A stretch of 64,000 nt of DNA from Naegleria gruberi (lineage: Eukaryota): the NCBI GenBank assembly GCA_000004985.1, contig GG738849.1, one strand, 5' to 3'. Below the pieces are notes generated by a model. It saw only the letters and a list, made by a program, of their open reading frames with translations. It was not told where the DNA came from and ran no database searches. The position numbers and the translations under genes were made by a program. This document shows, in pieces, positions 21,528 through 35,100 of this stretch (positions within the stretch are counted from its first letter, which is position 1; each line of letters opens with the position of its first letter).

Positions 21528-22870
21528 TTATTCTGTCATCTTGTAAGTCCTTACAAATCTTATTTCTTGAGGTGGTAGTTTTGGAGGTGAGGGTTGAGGT
21601 TTCTCTCCATTTTCTGATTCTTGGACGGCACCTTGTTCTCCTTCCTCATCGTCCTCATAATATTCACTTTCCTCATCTGTAGAATCAGTGAAAGATGCAT
21701 TATTGACATCATTGGTTATGTTGGAGACTTGAGGTGGAGGTCTTGGTGTAATATACTTGGAAGGATCATCATCCGCAGGTGTAATAACAGTGGAGGTGTG
21801 CTTGTTTTTGAAGAATTTTCTTCCATTCTTTTGAGAAAATGAAAGATTGGTTTTGACCCAGTCCTTTTCACATTGGTCTTTTTGTGATTGAGGTACGGAA
21901 TACCACTGAATGATCCTCTCGTAAAATCCTTCAATTTTCTTCAGGGCTGAAGGTTGGAAATCTTTTGCATTTTGTACAAACTCACACCCATGATTGGTTG
22001 ATTCTGTCACAATGTCTTTCAGTTTCAGTGCTGATGTTATAAATATGAAAAATAGGATGTCGTTCCTTGTTTCCAATACGGTGACTATACACAGTTTGTT
22101 AATTAAGAGATAGGTAAAAACATTCTGTTTTGATTTACCATCAATTGCAAAATCAACACTGGTTTTAAGTGCCAACTCGATAAATTTTCCTTCTGGACTC
22201 GATAAATTAAAATGTCTCGATCGTTTTCGCGACTTGTTAAATAAGGGATTCAGATACTCGTCAAAAATTAGAACCCTCTCTATGGCTTGCTCCGAATTTA
22301 GGAGTGCTTGTATTATATTTTCCTCAACTAGATCGTTGTAAAGGAATTCCTTGATTATTGATCCATATGCCTTGAAAACTGTGTACTTATTCACAACGGA
22401 TATTTCCACAGTTTCTTTCTCTTTAATTTTGAAAACAAAATTCTTAGTTTCTTGCTCAATTAATTGTTTCTCTAATGCTTTTAAATCTCTAAGGGGTCTT
22501 TCATACATGTTCAAGAAGTGATCAAGCACTCTTTTCATTTTCTATTAATCCACACACCGGATAAATATTGATTAAATATGAATTTACTTACCAAATGTCC
22601 CACTCTAGTGTTTGAGTTCTTTGATTTAAAAAGTGCAATGATAATATCCTCTCCATGCTCCACCACAACAGAAAAATTCTGTATAGTCATTGAGGTTGAA
22701 CTCTTGTTATTTCCTAATTGCTGTATCGAACATATTAATGTACATGTTTTTGGTACATTTAAAGCACATTCAGTGGCATACTCATCGTCTTCATAATTTA
22801 AGGGCAAGTATAACAAGCACCTTCCTAAATTCGTAAAAATCAAACAAAATTCATTCTTTTCGTCTTTCAT
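21528..22870 (-). CDS. Hypothetical protein (two exons 22870..22592 and 22541..21528, 50-nt intron). Possible longin-like N-terminus; acidic Pro-rich C-terminus.
   Basis: Donor CATTTG|GTAAGT and acceptor TTAATAG|AAAATG join ORFs 22535..22870 and 21528..22538 in phase 0. Confidence 0.45.
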
Positions 22871-23135
22871 TAATATTATAATAACATCATCATCCTGTTC
22901 TCTTCCGACAGATAACTTTTATTGTCCTCAACAAATGGAATTTTAATGATGATTTGATGAACACCAATAGTAAGCAGTTTTCCTCTGCTGACGAATCGAG
23001 TAAATTTTTTTAAATGAAACTTTAATTTGGCGCCAAAACAAGTACAACTCCCAACAACCTACAACAGCAAGATTCCTAATTGTTTTTTGCTGTTGTTTAA
23101 TAATAATAACACAGATCAGCACAAGTTTGAAAAAA

Positions 23136-25610
23136 ATGGGAGAGCTTATTGGGACCAGTATTTCCATTGAGGAATTTTTATTGATGGAAGGAGCGCATGC
23201 AACTACAGCTCTATCGGGATTACAATCCATTAATTTTGAAGCCATGTTGGAGGAGATTGATAAACGAATTGTGGAGGTGAATAAACAGTTGGATCAAACC
23301 AGTATTGTATTACCTGTAGATAATGGTAGGTGTTGTAGAAGATTTATGTGTGAGCTGTAACTATTCCTAATTTGATAAAAGATACAAAACCTAGACAGTA
23401 TAGTGATAAGGAGTTTTTGGAGGATTTAATTGTAATAATGAGATATTATCAGGAAACTGATTTATTTTCGAGTATGAATGTATTGCAAAAGATTGGAATT
23501 TTAAAAGAGGATTTTAAATACCGATGTTCGAGAGTTTTTAGAGATGAAAGATATAGGTTGGCTCCCCCTTTGGAATTGAATAATAGAAAGACTTTTGATA
23601 CAGAGTTTGAATTGGAGGAGGAAATTAATACATTTATTTATGCTATGGTTGCCTATCAAGTGAATGGAATATCTGATACACACCCAAAAAAAGATATGGA
23701 TAGGCGAAAACTATTGCTCTTGAATCTTTCATTGTCAATTGATTCAAGGGAGTTAAAGGAATTTGTAAGTGGGTTGTTAACTAATTGATCACCTTAATTA
23801 TTCCAATAGTACTATTCCCTTCGAGAAAAGGAAATTGCAGATTATGTGCCTTCTCTATCGACCGATGTAAAGCAACTGAATCTGGACATTTTCTTCAAGT
23901 TATCGAGAGATTTACTTTCCGTGATCAGAGAAGATTTTTCAATCACTTCAGAGGTGATAGATAATGAGTTTCTTATTGAAATGTTTGTATCACTGTATCT
24001 TAACAAGTATACAATAATGCTGGGTGATATTTGTTTGGATGTTGCTGAGAGTTTATATAATCATAAGGTGTCCTCAATAATGCCAAATATTATTGAAATA
24101 TTCGAGTTGGCGCTTGACTTTCAAGAAAATGTTTCAAATCTAATCAATAAGAAAAAAGGGAAGTCAAAGAAACAAGAGCAACAATTGTCTATATCTGTTC
24201 CTAAACAAGTGGATTTCTCCTTTGGTTCAAAAACCTTCATATTCGGATATGATAATTTTGTTTCATCCACTCTTAATGGAATTACAGTTGAAATAGTGTT
24301 CATATTGGGAGAGGTTTGTAATGGATTATTTGGAAAGGAAATTTCATTTGAGAGCTTTACCAAGAGTAACGAGCATCCAATCCTCAAGGATGTGAAATCC
24401 TTGATGGATAAGTTGACTCACATTATTACAATGTTCTCAAAACATGGACTTACGGATTTCAAAAATAATATTCTGAAGAAAATTTGTTACGGATTTTCAG
24501 TGTTGTTGGGGAAATTTGATGAATTTCTTTTCAAGAGTGATTTCGATCCGAAATTATTGAAGAACTTATGTAAGTAATCTAATACTGTAACTTCGTCTTA
24601 ACCTGTTCAAAGATGTTGCCTACTCTACATTATTGTACTGTTGTGACTCTGTGAGCTATTTTGGTGCATTGTACAATGAAACAATTGAGCATTGTGTGGA
24701 GGAAAAAACCTTTGATTTTACCCAAATGAATAACTTTTACAGGGAAAAATCAAAAACATTTAGGGATTTCATAATCGAGTATCATAGTAGTATAATTTCA
24801 TTATATTGTGTACCAGATGTTAGGTATCAAATGGATTGGGATACTCATAGAAAATTCTTGAATGATGATAGGTGTAGTTATGGTATCCAGATGTGGAATT
24901 ACTATATGAAATCGACTTGTAAAGAGCTCTTCAAAAGTATTCCTGACTACTTTGCCAGCGACTTGTTCAGTGAATTACTCTTCAATTCAGCAAAGGCATG
25001 GAATGAAACGTATTCCAACATTTTCCCAACAACCAAGAAGAAATCATTGCAATTTAGAAATGACATCAGCTTCTTAATCATGTATATAAGGTCATTTAGA
25101 GGAGTTTTAGATTCCAAATTTGAAAAGTCAATTAACAGGGAATGCTTAAAATTACTAGTTTACATGGCAATACTCTGTGCGCCATTTCCAGCAATTAAAA
25201 CATTTCTGCAAAGTATTGAAACTAAGGAAGGGAATCTGCTTTCTGCTAGATTCGTTGTAATCTACCAACAGTCCAAACCAGTCAAGTATATTAAGGGGAT
25301 ACCAATTCTGGTATGGAATTCTCCTAAATTCAATCCTATGTTTGAATTTGATCACTTAATAGAATATAACCGAATAGGAAATGAATCTAATGTAGGAACC
25401 AACGAAATTGATTTCTCCGAGGTTAAGAATGTTTCCTTTGACTTTCCAATACTGTTACACGGATACTACGTGTTTGGCATGTCAATACTTTCACTATGTA
25501 ATAGAATATTACTGAGATGTGAGTATAACGATAATGATTACCCTCCTCCAAGTGATGAAGAGAAAGTGATGCGAGAGGATATTAAAGGCATAATAGCCAC
25601 ACTAAAGTAA
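23136..25610 (+). CDS. Hypothetical protein, 4 exons: 23136..23325, 23382..23764, 23810..24569, 24613..25610
   Basis: Three introns (56, 45 and 43 nt; donors GTAGGT/GTAAGT/GTAAGT, AG acceptors) connect four consecutive ORFs with consistent phases. No recognisable domain. Confidence 0.5.
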
Positions 25611-25611
25611 A

Positions 25612-26505
25612 TTATTGAAATTCTTTCACTTTTTCATCAAATAAATGTTCATAATATGATATGTCATCACATTGAGAGACAGACTTTAAAATATCCTTCT
25701 TGAGGTCTGATAGCTTTTTGGCGTGTTCCTTCTTGATTAAATTATGTTGGATTAAATGTGATGTTTTTTTTCTCAATGAATCATCCAACTGTTTTTTAAA
25801 AGATTGTTCGTTTTGTCTCTGGCTCTCTTCTTTCATTTCTTGTTTCATTTTGTTTAAATCTTGTAATGGTTTGGCTAGTGGGAATAGATCAATAATTTTA
25901 GAAGAAATACTATCCATTTCAGAAAAATTATCTGTATCATATTCCATGTAAATGATATTATCACTGAATGAAGATTTTCCATATTCAAACCTTATATTCA
26001 TAGATCGAATAATATCTTCTCCAACTGGTTGACTACGTTTTGCATCTCTTTCAATGCAAGTTTCCACATTGCATTTCAAAATTATTTGTATGTGAGCAAT
26101 AGTAAATTCTTGACAAATTTGCACAAATTCATGTCTCATACTTTTATAATAGAAATTATCATCCAAAATAATTATTTTCCATCCACTCTTCACAATACAT
26201 TTAAATTCATTAATGGTTTTAATTGTTTGTTTATAAATTAAATTTCTAGACTTTTTCCACTTTTCCGAAGTAAATCCACCATCCTCCAACTCTTCATTCA
26301 AAACCTCATCATAACAAAATAATTTACACTCCATCCGAATATCTTCCAAATAGGTTTGAATTTTCTTACACAGACTCGTCTTTCCACAAGCTGGCAATCC
26401 TCCAATCATCACCAAAATTACTCCATCATTCACTTCCCCACAACCCTCGCCAGCAATGTCTTGCATTTTTTTTTGTAAACTCTTTTTCTCTTCAAAGGAT
26501 TTCAA
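25612..26505 (-). CDS. KTI12/PSTK-like P-loop kinase
   Basis: Walker A VMIGGLPACGKTS, Walker B-like IIILDDNFYYKSMRHEF. Length 297 aa. Confidence 0.5.
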   Translation of the reverse strand: MKSFEEKKSLQKKMQDIAGEGCGEVNDGVILVMIGGLPACGKTSLCKKIQTYLEDIRMECKLFCYDEVLNEELEDGGFTSEKWKKSRNLIYKQTIKTINEFKCIVKSGWKIIILDDNFYYKSMRHEFVQICQEFTIAHIQIILKCNVETCIERDAKRSQPVGEDIIRSMNIRFEYGKSSFSDNIIYMEYDTDNFSEMDSISSKIIDLFPLAKPLQDLNKMKQEMKEESQRQNEQSFKKQLDDSLRKKTSHLIQHNLIKKEHAKKLSDLKKDILKSVSQCDDISYYEHLFDEKVKEFQ

Positions 26506-26522
26506 ATCTATTTTTATAAAAA

Positions 26523-28939
26523 ATGATCACTTGCCGAACTGCAAATAAATTTTTCTTAAACAAAAAAACAAAATTTCTCCCTTCGCAGTCGTCCTTGTTC
26601 GGAATCAATAGACAACAGCAACAGAGAAGATTTGTACATCAATCCTGTAATAATAATAGTAACAATATAAAATATAACACGAGAATGCCATCTTGGAATT
26701 ATCCTCAAGCTTTTAGAGATGAATCAGCCATTGATACTTATCAGAGTGAAACAAGAGGGGAGGTAAAAGTTGCTGATCCATATCGTTGGTTGGAAGAACC
26801 ATACAGTGAAAAGACAAAGGAATGGGTTTCTCAACAAGTTGATCTTTTTTCAAAATATATGATGGAAGAAGGAATTGAAGAAAAGGTTGGAGCTACAAGA
26901 GAAGAATTGGTTGATCAACTTACAAAAATGGTTAATTTTGAAAAAGTTGGATGTCCATTCAAGAGAGGTAAAGGTGACTTGACTGGATATTATTATTTCA
27001 AAAATGATGGTTTACAAAATCAAGACGTCATGTGGGTCAGAAGATCACTTGAATCAGATGAAGCTGAAGTATTCGTTGATCCTAATACATTCTCTGCTGA
27101 TGGTACTTCTTCAATTAGAAGTAGTGCTTTCACTAAGAATGGCGACTATTATGCTTATGGTTTAAGTGAAAAGGGAAGCGACTGGCAAACTATTAAGGTT
27201 ATGGATGTCAAGACTAAGGAACACTTACCTGATTCTATTAAGTTCTGTAAATTTACTTCAATTTCTTGGACTCATGATTCTAAGGGTTTCTTCTACACCA
27301 GATATCCAGAACCAAAGTCATCTGTTGAAAGTTTGGGATCTGAAGTTGACCCCAATGAAAATTCCAAACTCTACTATCACAAATTGGGAACTAGTCAACT
27401 TGAAGATATTTTAATTTATGGTGACAGGAGCCAACCAAAGTGGATGTTTGGAGGTTTTGTTTCTGATGATGGATTGTACTTGATTATTACTGTCAGTGAA
27501 AGCACTGCACCTGTAAATAGACTCTTCTTTACAAAGGTTTATAAGAATGATGAAATTGGAGGAGAATTGGCATTCGAAAAAGTTGATCCAAATGACAGTG
27601 AATCACCAATCAAAGTTGTTAAATATATTGATAACTTTGATGCTGAATATGATTATATTACCAATGAGGGAACCATGTTCTACTTTAAGACCAACTTGAA
27701 TGCTCCAAACTCAAAGGTCATTTACGTTGATGTCAACAAGCCATACACTGAAATGAAGGAATTAATTCCTGAAACTGAGGATCCAATGAGCATTGCCAGT
27801 ATTGGTAATAATGATTGCATCATTGCAAATTATGTACATAACGTTCAAGATGTTTTAAAGTTCTACAACCTTTCAACTGGAGAATATATCAATGATATTC
27901 AATTGCCTGCAGTTGGTTCAGTAGCAAGTATTTCAGCCAAAAAGGAAGACTCAATCCTCTTTTACAAGTTTGTTTCTTTCAATCACCCAGGTACAGTCTA
28001 CAAGTATGATTTCAACACAAAGGAAACATCAGTTTTTTATCAGACCAAGACTAGTGATCTAGTTCCTTCACCTGACTCTATTGAAGTCAAGCAAGAATGG
28101 TATACCTCAAAGGATGGTACACAAGTTCCAATGTTTATTGTCCATCAAAAGGAGGGATTTGAAAAGAATGGTAATAACCCAACATGGCTCTACGGATATG
28201 GTGGTTTTTCAATTTCACTTCAACCATCCTTCAGTGTAATGAGACTCTTTTGGATCAAATACTTTGGTGGTATTGTAGCCATTCCAAACTTGAGAGGAGG
28301 AAATGAAATTGGTGGTGAAAAGTGGCACGAACAAGGTATTCTCGACAGAAAGCAAAACGTTTTTGACGACATGATTGCTGCAGCTGAATATCTTATTAAG
28401 GAAGGGTATACTTCTCCAGCCAGAATTGCCTTAAACGGTGGATCTAACGGTGGACTTTTAGTCTCTGCAGTAGTTAACCAAAGACCTGACCTAATCCGTG
28501 TCGGTGTTCCAATGGTTGGTGTTCTTGACATGCTTAAGGTAAGTTTTATAATTGATTATTTTTCTAATGAAATTTCTAGTTCCACACTTGGACTATTGGC
28601 CATGCTTGGTGTAGTGATTACGGCTGTTCCAGTGATCCAAAAGGTTTCGATTATTTGAGTGCTTATAGTCCACTTCACAATATTAAGCCTCAAAAGTATC
28701 CAGCCGTGTTGGTAACAACAGCCAATCATGACGATAGAGTCGTTCCTCACCACTCTTTCAAGTATACTGCCCAACTTCAACATGTAGCAGGACCTGTAAA
28801 CGAATCTCCATTGTTGTGCAGAATTGAAGTTAATGCTGGCCATGGAGCTGGCAAGTCTTTGGCAATGTCAATTAGGGAAATGGTTGATGTTTACATGTTC
28901 GCTGCAGCTAATATGGGAGTCAAGTACACCAAGAAATAA
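26523..28939 (+). CDS. Prolyl oligopeptidase (S9A serine peptidase); exons 26523..28538 and 28580..28939, 41-nt intron. The functional start is probably ATG 26685.
   Basis: DPYRWLEEPYSEKTKEWV. Catalytic Ser in GGSNGGLL. C-terminal TANHDDRVVPHHSFKYTAQLQ...AGHGAGK. Intron GTAAGTTTTAT..TTTCTAG lies in the conserved VGVLDMLK|FHTWTIGHAW block. Confidence 0.85.
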
Positions 28940-29431
28940 AAATAAGTAAACATTGTACTCTTCACCTCAATAAAATACATCATATTGGCAGAGGAATCTG
29001 ATTGAACTAATCTTGACTAAACCTTAAATTGTAGCAAATTCTTCTGTCTGAATCATTCTTAAATGATTAATTCTTTCATTCTAGAGCAGGTATGATTCAA
29101 CAAATGTTCAAAAGCAAATAGTTCCTTCTACTAACAGAAAAAAGGTAACAAATCCGAATATACGGTAACTGACCATTCAGATGCAATCATTATTCATACC
29201 AAACGTACCACCATATATCTATTGGATGTATCACACCAATCATGGGATGCCAATATCTTTGTGTTGATGTTTAACATATTGGTCTTTATAATTTGTATGG
29301 ATGGAGTAACTTTCCTTCCTTGATAAATGTCCACAACCAATATTATCCACAAGTCAAAAGCGACAACTGTTGAGATTCTCTAAATAGTATAAATAGTAGG
29401 ATGGTATCAATAAGAGTTTAAACGAAACAAC

Positions 29432-30982
29432 ATGAACTCATTGACAAGAATATGTGGAAAGAAACAAACAACTTTTTCACACATTCAAAAAAAAACAATG
29501 ACAAGCATTGACACAAGCCAACATGTGTCCTATGAATTGAAAGTTGTCTCACCCAATACATGTACCACCACTATTGACATCACTGAAGTCAATAACAACA
29601 ACAACCAACAATATTTAACAAAGAGAGATTCAATTCACAAGCAAAAATCACTTCCATCCTCATTGAAAACACCCCGTTCATCCTCTGTTACCAAATTCTA
29701 TAATAGAGCTTTCAAAATTCATACATGTTGTGGTGTAATGGAGCTTAACTGCCTCAAGATGACTAGCATGCTAGCTTTATTCGTTAGTTTAATTGCCTTT
29801 TGCTTATTGATGGCAGCTGTGGCATTTAACTATTCAGTTGTCGATAACTTGTACTCGAATATAGGGGCCTTGCAAACAGATGCCACCTACTATAGAGATT
29901 TGATGAAACTCTCATGCAGAGTATCTGTCGTTTCAGAATATAATCGAACTTTGGCGCTGGAATATGCCGATCTATTCATGACCTATCATGACAAGTATTA
30001 TGAAGTACTCAATGTTTTACTTGTTTCAGTACCTGAAGATGTAGTCTATTCTAAGAGAAATAACATGAGCAGAGAGGATGTGAGATCGAGAAAAGCTGTC
30101 AAGGAAGAGCTGTCAGTAATAGAGATGGTCAGGGCATCCAATTATTCACAAGCCATCACCATACTCGATTCACCATTATATCAATACTATTTAGCAGGTT
30201 ATCCTGAAGAAATTCAACCAGTTTTGGATTATGTTATTAATATGCAAGAAGTGGTTGAAGAGGAAGATTTGGGCACAACTCTGGCCTCTCTCATTATTCT
30301 GGTCGTGTCAATGGTCATTGTCGTGCCAGTGTTGATTGCGTATATTGTGCTTTCGGTAAGGAAAGATACAACTAAGGAGAAGCAATTGAGACAAGTGAGA
30401 AAGTACATGCTGATGGATACAATCAATGATTCGGCACTTTGTGAGAAATTCAAAGAATTTTGCAAGATTGAAAGAAGTGAAGAAAACTTTGCAGTTCTGG
30501 AAAAGATTAACGATTACAAAAAGTTGTGTGAAAAGAGCTTTGACATTCAAGTTTTCTTATTTGACACTGACATTTTGAGTGGCTCTGATCAATTTTCTGA
30601 AACAACAACCACCACAAGTAATGAAGATTCATCTAAAAAGAAGAAGAATATTAAGAAGGGCTTTACTGAGAAGGATTTATCCGATATTGAAAAGAGAAAG
30701 TTTGAAATTGCATTCGAAATTCACACTGACTTTTTAGATGTGAGAGGTGAACGATCTGTCAATACCAGCAAACAAGTTGCTGATAATGTGAAACAATTTT
30801 TGGATTATTTTGCAAAGGGAGAGAATGAATCTCTTCCTGAAAATTTATTCGAAATTGTGGAAACTGAAATGTGTGTCTTGATGATGGATACTCATCGCAG
30901 ATTTAAGATATTTGTCGAACAACAATTGAAGGAAAAGAGGAAAATCCTTTCTACCATTAAGAGAAAAATTGATAAGAAATGA
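29432..30982 (+). CDS. Membrane-anchored regulator of G-protein signalling (RGS-domain protein)
   Basis: Two predicted TM helices, then an RGS core: ALCEKFKEFCKIERSEENFAVLEKINDYKKLC ... FEIAFEIHTDFLDV. Confidence 0.65.
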   Translation: MNSLTRICGKKQTTFSHIQKKTMTSIDTSQHVSYELKVVSPNTCTTTIDITEVNNNNNQQYLTKRDSIHKQKSLPSSLKTPRSSSVTKFYNRAFKIHTCCGVMELNCLKMTSMLALFVSLIAFCLLMAAVAFNYSVVDNLYSNIGALQTDATYYRDLMKLSCRVSVVSEYNRTLALEYADLFMTYHDKYYEVLNVLLVSVPEDVVYSKRNNMSREDVRSRKAVKEELSVIEMVRASNYSQAITILDSPLYQYYLAGYPEEIQPVLDYVINMQEVVEEEDLGTTLASLIILVVSMVIVVPVLIAYIVLSVRKDTTKEKQLRQVRKYMLMDTINDSALCEKFKEFCKIERSEENFAVLEKINDYKKLCEKSFDIQVFLFDTDILSGSDQFSETTTTTSNEDSSKKKKNIKKGFTEKDLSDIEKRKFEIAFEIHTDFLDVRGERSVNTSKQVADNVKQFLDYFAKGENESLPENLFEIVETEMCVLMMDTHRRFKIFVEQQLKEKRKILSTIKRKIDKK

Positions 30983-31035
30983 GCTCATTGTCACTACTCA
31001 AATAAAGTTGCCGAATCTCAATCACAGAAAAAAAA

Positions 31036-32076
31036 TGAAACAAGCTCTTCTTGAAAAATTGCGCACCTCTAATCTCATTGACAGCTCTCTTCTTCAACAA
31101 TTGATCCACTCGGAAATTGAAGTCATCACAGAGAGCAGGAATTTCGTTTATCATTTCAAACCTAAACTTGAAGAAGTCCTCATTCATTTTCAAGTTAATC
31201 GATAGACAAATTAGTAATCCGCTTGGAAATGTTGAGTGTATGCTCTACACTATTTTGGCAAATCAAGAATTACCACTTCCAAAATGTTTTCAAGTTGGTT
31301 CACTTGAGATTAATTCCAAAAAATTTGATTTTTTGATTTTGGAGTTTGTGAAGGGGAAAACGTTATTGGAAGCTTTAAATTCCAATATGCTTGAGTTAAA
31401 AGAGGAAGATGATGATATTCTCTCAAATTTAATGAAGGATTGTGTTGAAATTTGTGGAAAATTGCGAAATATTCCAGTGAAGGGTTTTGGACCTCTTGTT
31501 GAAGAGAACAGTTCAACCAATTTGAGAGGAAAATTCGAAACTTATTCAGAGTTTATTTCTCACACCATCAAGGAACAGAAATTTCTATTGAGCAAAATGG
31601 ACCCATCTAGAGGGCAGATATTAGAAGAAGGAATGCAACAATTGGAAGATTTCTTTTCAGAACCTCAAAATTCATTCCAAATTCTTTCCAATCAAAAAAG
31701 TTCTCTGACTATTGTTGATGTAAATCCAGCAAATTTCATCATTTCCTATCCGTCTCAAAGTATTGTCATGATTGATTTGGAAGTTCTTGTTGGGGCCAAT
31801 GAATTATTTGTGATGGGAAGTTGGATGGCCAATCTGTATGGAACTAGAGCATACTCACACTTCCGAAAGCATTGGGGATTTACTATGGTGAAACAAGAAG
31901 AAACTCTCTGTATAGCATTTGGATTGTTAAGAATTCTAAATATCATGATTCATTTGGGGTTAAATACAGAATTGGATTTGGAAGATATCAAACCATTCGG
32001 AAATCACCTCTCTTTCAAAACATTAATACTAGAATTTTGTAACATTTTGAAAACAAGTCAACCAATCAAGAATTAA
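31036..32076 (+). CDS. Choline/ethanolamine kinase or aminoglycoside-phosphotransferase-like kinase; reading frame changes around 31190-31215
   Basis: SRNFVYHF (ATP-site-like) in ORF 30969..31205. Downstream ORF 31117..32076 carries the kinase brace motifs IVDVNPANFII and VMIDLE. The two frames overlap, with no convincing intron. Confidence 0.45.
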
Positions 32077-32135
32077 ATCATTTTCCATTGAATCCTTGCA
32101 TAAGTATTAATTTCTAGAGTGAAATCACTACATAA

Positions 32136-35100
32136 TTAATTGTTGTTTATTGGTTGGTCGCCAATATCATAACTTTGTTTCACAGCCTCCACAACAAGCT
32201 CCAATTTCTTATTCTTTTTCTCTAAACTTTGATTCTTCCTCTTGTACTTGTCTTTCTCCATTTCAAGTTCTCGTAATTTTTGATCATAAGATTCTAATTC
32301 TCTTTTCAGTGTCATATTTTCTTGTTTTTCTTTTTCCTTGTCAAATTGGGTTTCCACTAACGAATTTTGGAGTCTTTCCTTTTCTTTTCTAATATCGTCC
32401 AGTTTTTTCTTTGTTTCTTGATAGACAGTTGAGGCATCTGAGGAAACAACTATCAGTTGTGAGGCTCTTTCAATATTGTCTGTTAACTTTTCTGTGAGGT
32501 GCTTCATTTGATTTTCGTAGGATTCCTTTGCCTTGATTGTTGATTCCTTGACGTCCTTGTAATATTTGGCCTCTAAGGTTTCAACTTCTACCTTAATGTC
32601 TTCCAAACTACCAACAACTTCGGCATACTTTTCATTGCATATCGAGAGCAACTTGTCATGTTCTATTTGAAGTTTTGCAGCTGCTTTTTCAAGCTTTCTC
32701 TTTGCCTCTTCGGTTACTTCATTTTGAGCTTGAAGATTTTGAATATCTTGAGAGAGATCATCGATTTGATTCTTTTGAATTTCGAAATTCTTCTTGAAAG
32801 TTATAAGGTTTTGAGAGAGGTGGAATACAGACTTTTCAAATATTTCTGGTTGAGTTGACCAAATACCATTAATAATGTCTGAAGGCATAGCAAAGTTTTC
32901 TTCGATAATTCTAACTATTCTTCTCAAATCCTCCATTTTTCTTGCCAACGCACTCTTCTCTGTTAAATCAACACTGTGTCTTTGAGAAACAATGTTCAAC
33001 TCTTCTTGGAGAGCAAAAACTTTGGAATTGACATCATTGTCCTTTTTCATTAATTGAGATGAAAGCTCTTGGATGTCTCTCTCGTATTGTCTTTGCCTCT
33101 TGTAGTTTTCATTTTCTTTCAATACACTAGTTTCGTGAACCTTTTGAAGAACTTGATCTGAGAACCCTTGTAGTGTTTGCTTCCAAGCAGAAAGATTTTG
33201 ATTTGCTTGAAGTTTAACAGTGTCAAGCTCCCTTCTCAAGTTTGAAACCTCAGCTCTTAGCTTGAACTCAACAAGACCATCCTTTTGCTTCTTTTTCTTA
33301 ATGACATCTTCCAATCCCTTCACTTGAATTACTTGTTTTTCTTTTAATTCTTGTGTTGTTCTATTTGTGTGGGATTTAAACTCTTCAATACTCTTTCCAA
33401 GTTCACTGCACAGAGAATCAATACCTTCAATCTTTGATGAAGAAAGCTTGAATTTTCTAAACTCTGTGGAAGGAAGAGAAAGTAAAATATTTTCGAGATG
33501 GTAGTTGATTGTGTCTGACATGATCTTGTGCTCGCGCTTATACTTTTCCAAGTCTTGAGAGGCCAATTGATACTCGTGAGCAACTTCTTCCAGCTTGTGT
33601 GTCTCTGATATTAAGGCCTCTTTGAGCTTGTTAGACTCTGCCTTCTTTTGTTGTACAGCAGTTTCTAGGTTATCCGAATGCTTCTTCATGTCCTCTAGTT
33701 GAGAGTTGATGTTTCTTACCTCGTCAGCCATCTTGGAACAGTAAATCTCCATCTCTTTTCTATCATGATCCTGCTTATCGATATAATCTCTTAATGTATC
33801 GATATTTCTATTGGATTCTTCAATATAAGATCCTAGCTGTTGATTCTTCTTTTCAACATTCTTTACTTCATCCCTAGTATTTCTTAGCTCCTCATCCTTG
33901 GAAACAATTTCCTTCTTCAATTTCTTACATTGCTTCTGTTCTTCGTACAATCTCTCTTCCAATTGTTTGACAGCTTGATTAATATTGGAAAGAGTATTGT
34001 TAAACTCTTTTTGTTTCTTTTGTTCCAATTCCTTAAGCTTGAACTCTGACTCGTAATCGTACTTTCTTTCCAATTCTCTCTTTTCATTCATAAACCTAGA
34101 TTCTAAATCTACTATCGACTTATCATGCTCCGATCTTGGCATATAATCCTTTTGGAAGACTTTAAGCTTGCTCTCATAAAGTTCCAACATTTTATCCACT
34201 TGATCAGGTTGAAGAGTTTTCTTTGGAATGTTATTCTCAAAATCCAAATAGATAAACTTACCATTCCATTCATTAATTGTTGTTGATAAAGTTGATCAAA
34301 CTGAGACTTTTGAACAAGAGAATCCTTTTGATAAAGTTCTCTTTCAAGAGAAAGAATCTTACTCTCAAAGCTTTCCTTAATTCTCTTTTCACTTTCTGAG
34401 AGTCTCTCATTGAGTCTCTTTGAAAATTCTGTTTGAAGTTCGTTGTGAGCCTTTCGTTCTCTCTCAAGACACTCGTCTGAATCTGTCTTTAGGCGTTTGA
34501 GATCCGATTCTAATTTTTCTCTCTTTCTTTCAGTTTCATCCAGTCTCTCTTTATATTTCAATATTTTAGCTTGAACTCTCATTACTACCATGTTGGCCTC
34601 CTTCGCTTGATCAGTCTTTTCTTTCAGTAATGATTCAGTTTCCATCAACTTCTTTTTCAGCATTTTGCTCGTCAATCTGCTTGCCTTTGTTTCCTCGGAG
34701 TAACTTTCTTTATATTTTTCTGTTTTTTCTTCAAGCTTTACAATCACTTCATCCTTATCCTCAGCCAGTGACTCAAGTTCTTCAACTCTTCTCCTGAGCT
34801 CATTCAATTCTAGTTCCCTCGAATGCAGCTGCTCGCTTAGGGTTTTGTTCTCTTCCTTTTCTCTGTTTTTTGTTATCAAAAATTCCAATCATGCAATACT
34901 TACAATGAGAGTGCCTTCTTTCTCTTTTTCAGATCATTCTCTTTGTTTGATAGTTCTTTTTCTAAATTTACAACTTTATCGTACAAGTCATTTACCTTAG
35001 CTCCTTCTGTTTTGCTTTGATCGGAAACCATATCCTTCACTTTTAATTTGAGTTGACCTACTTTTTTTTCGCTTTCTGTGCGAATAATTGTTTCTTGTTT

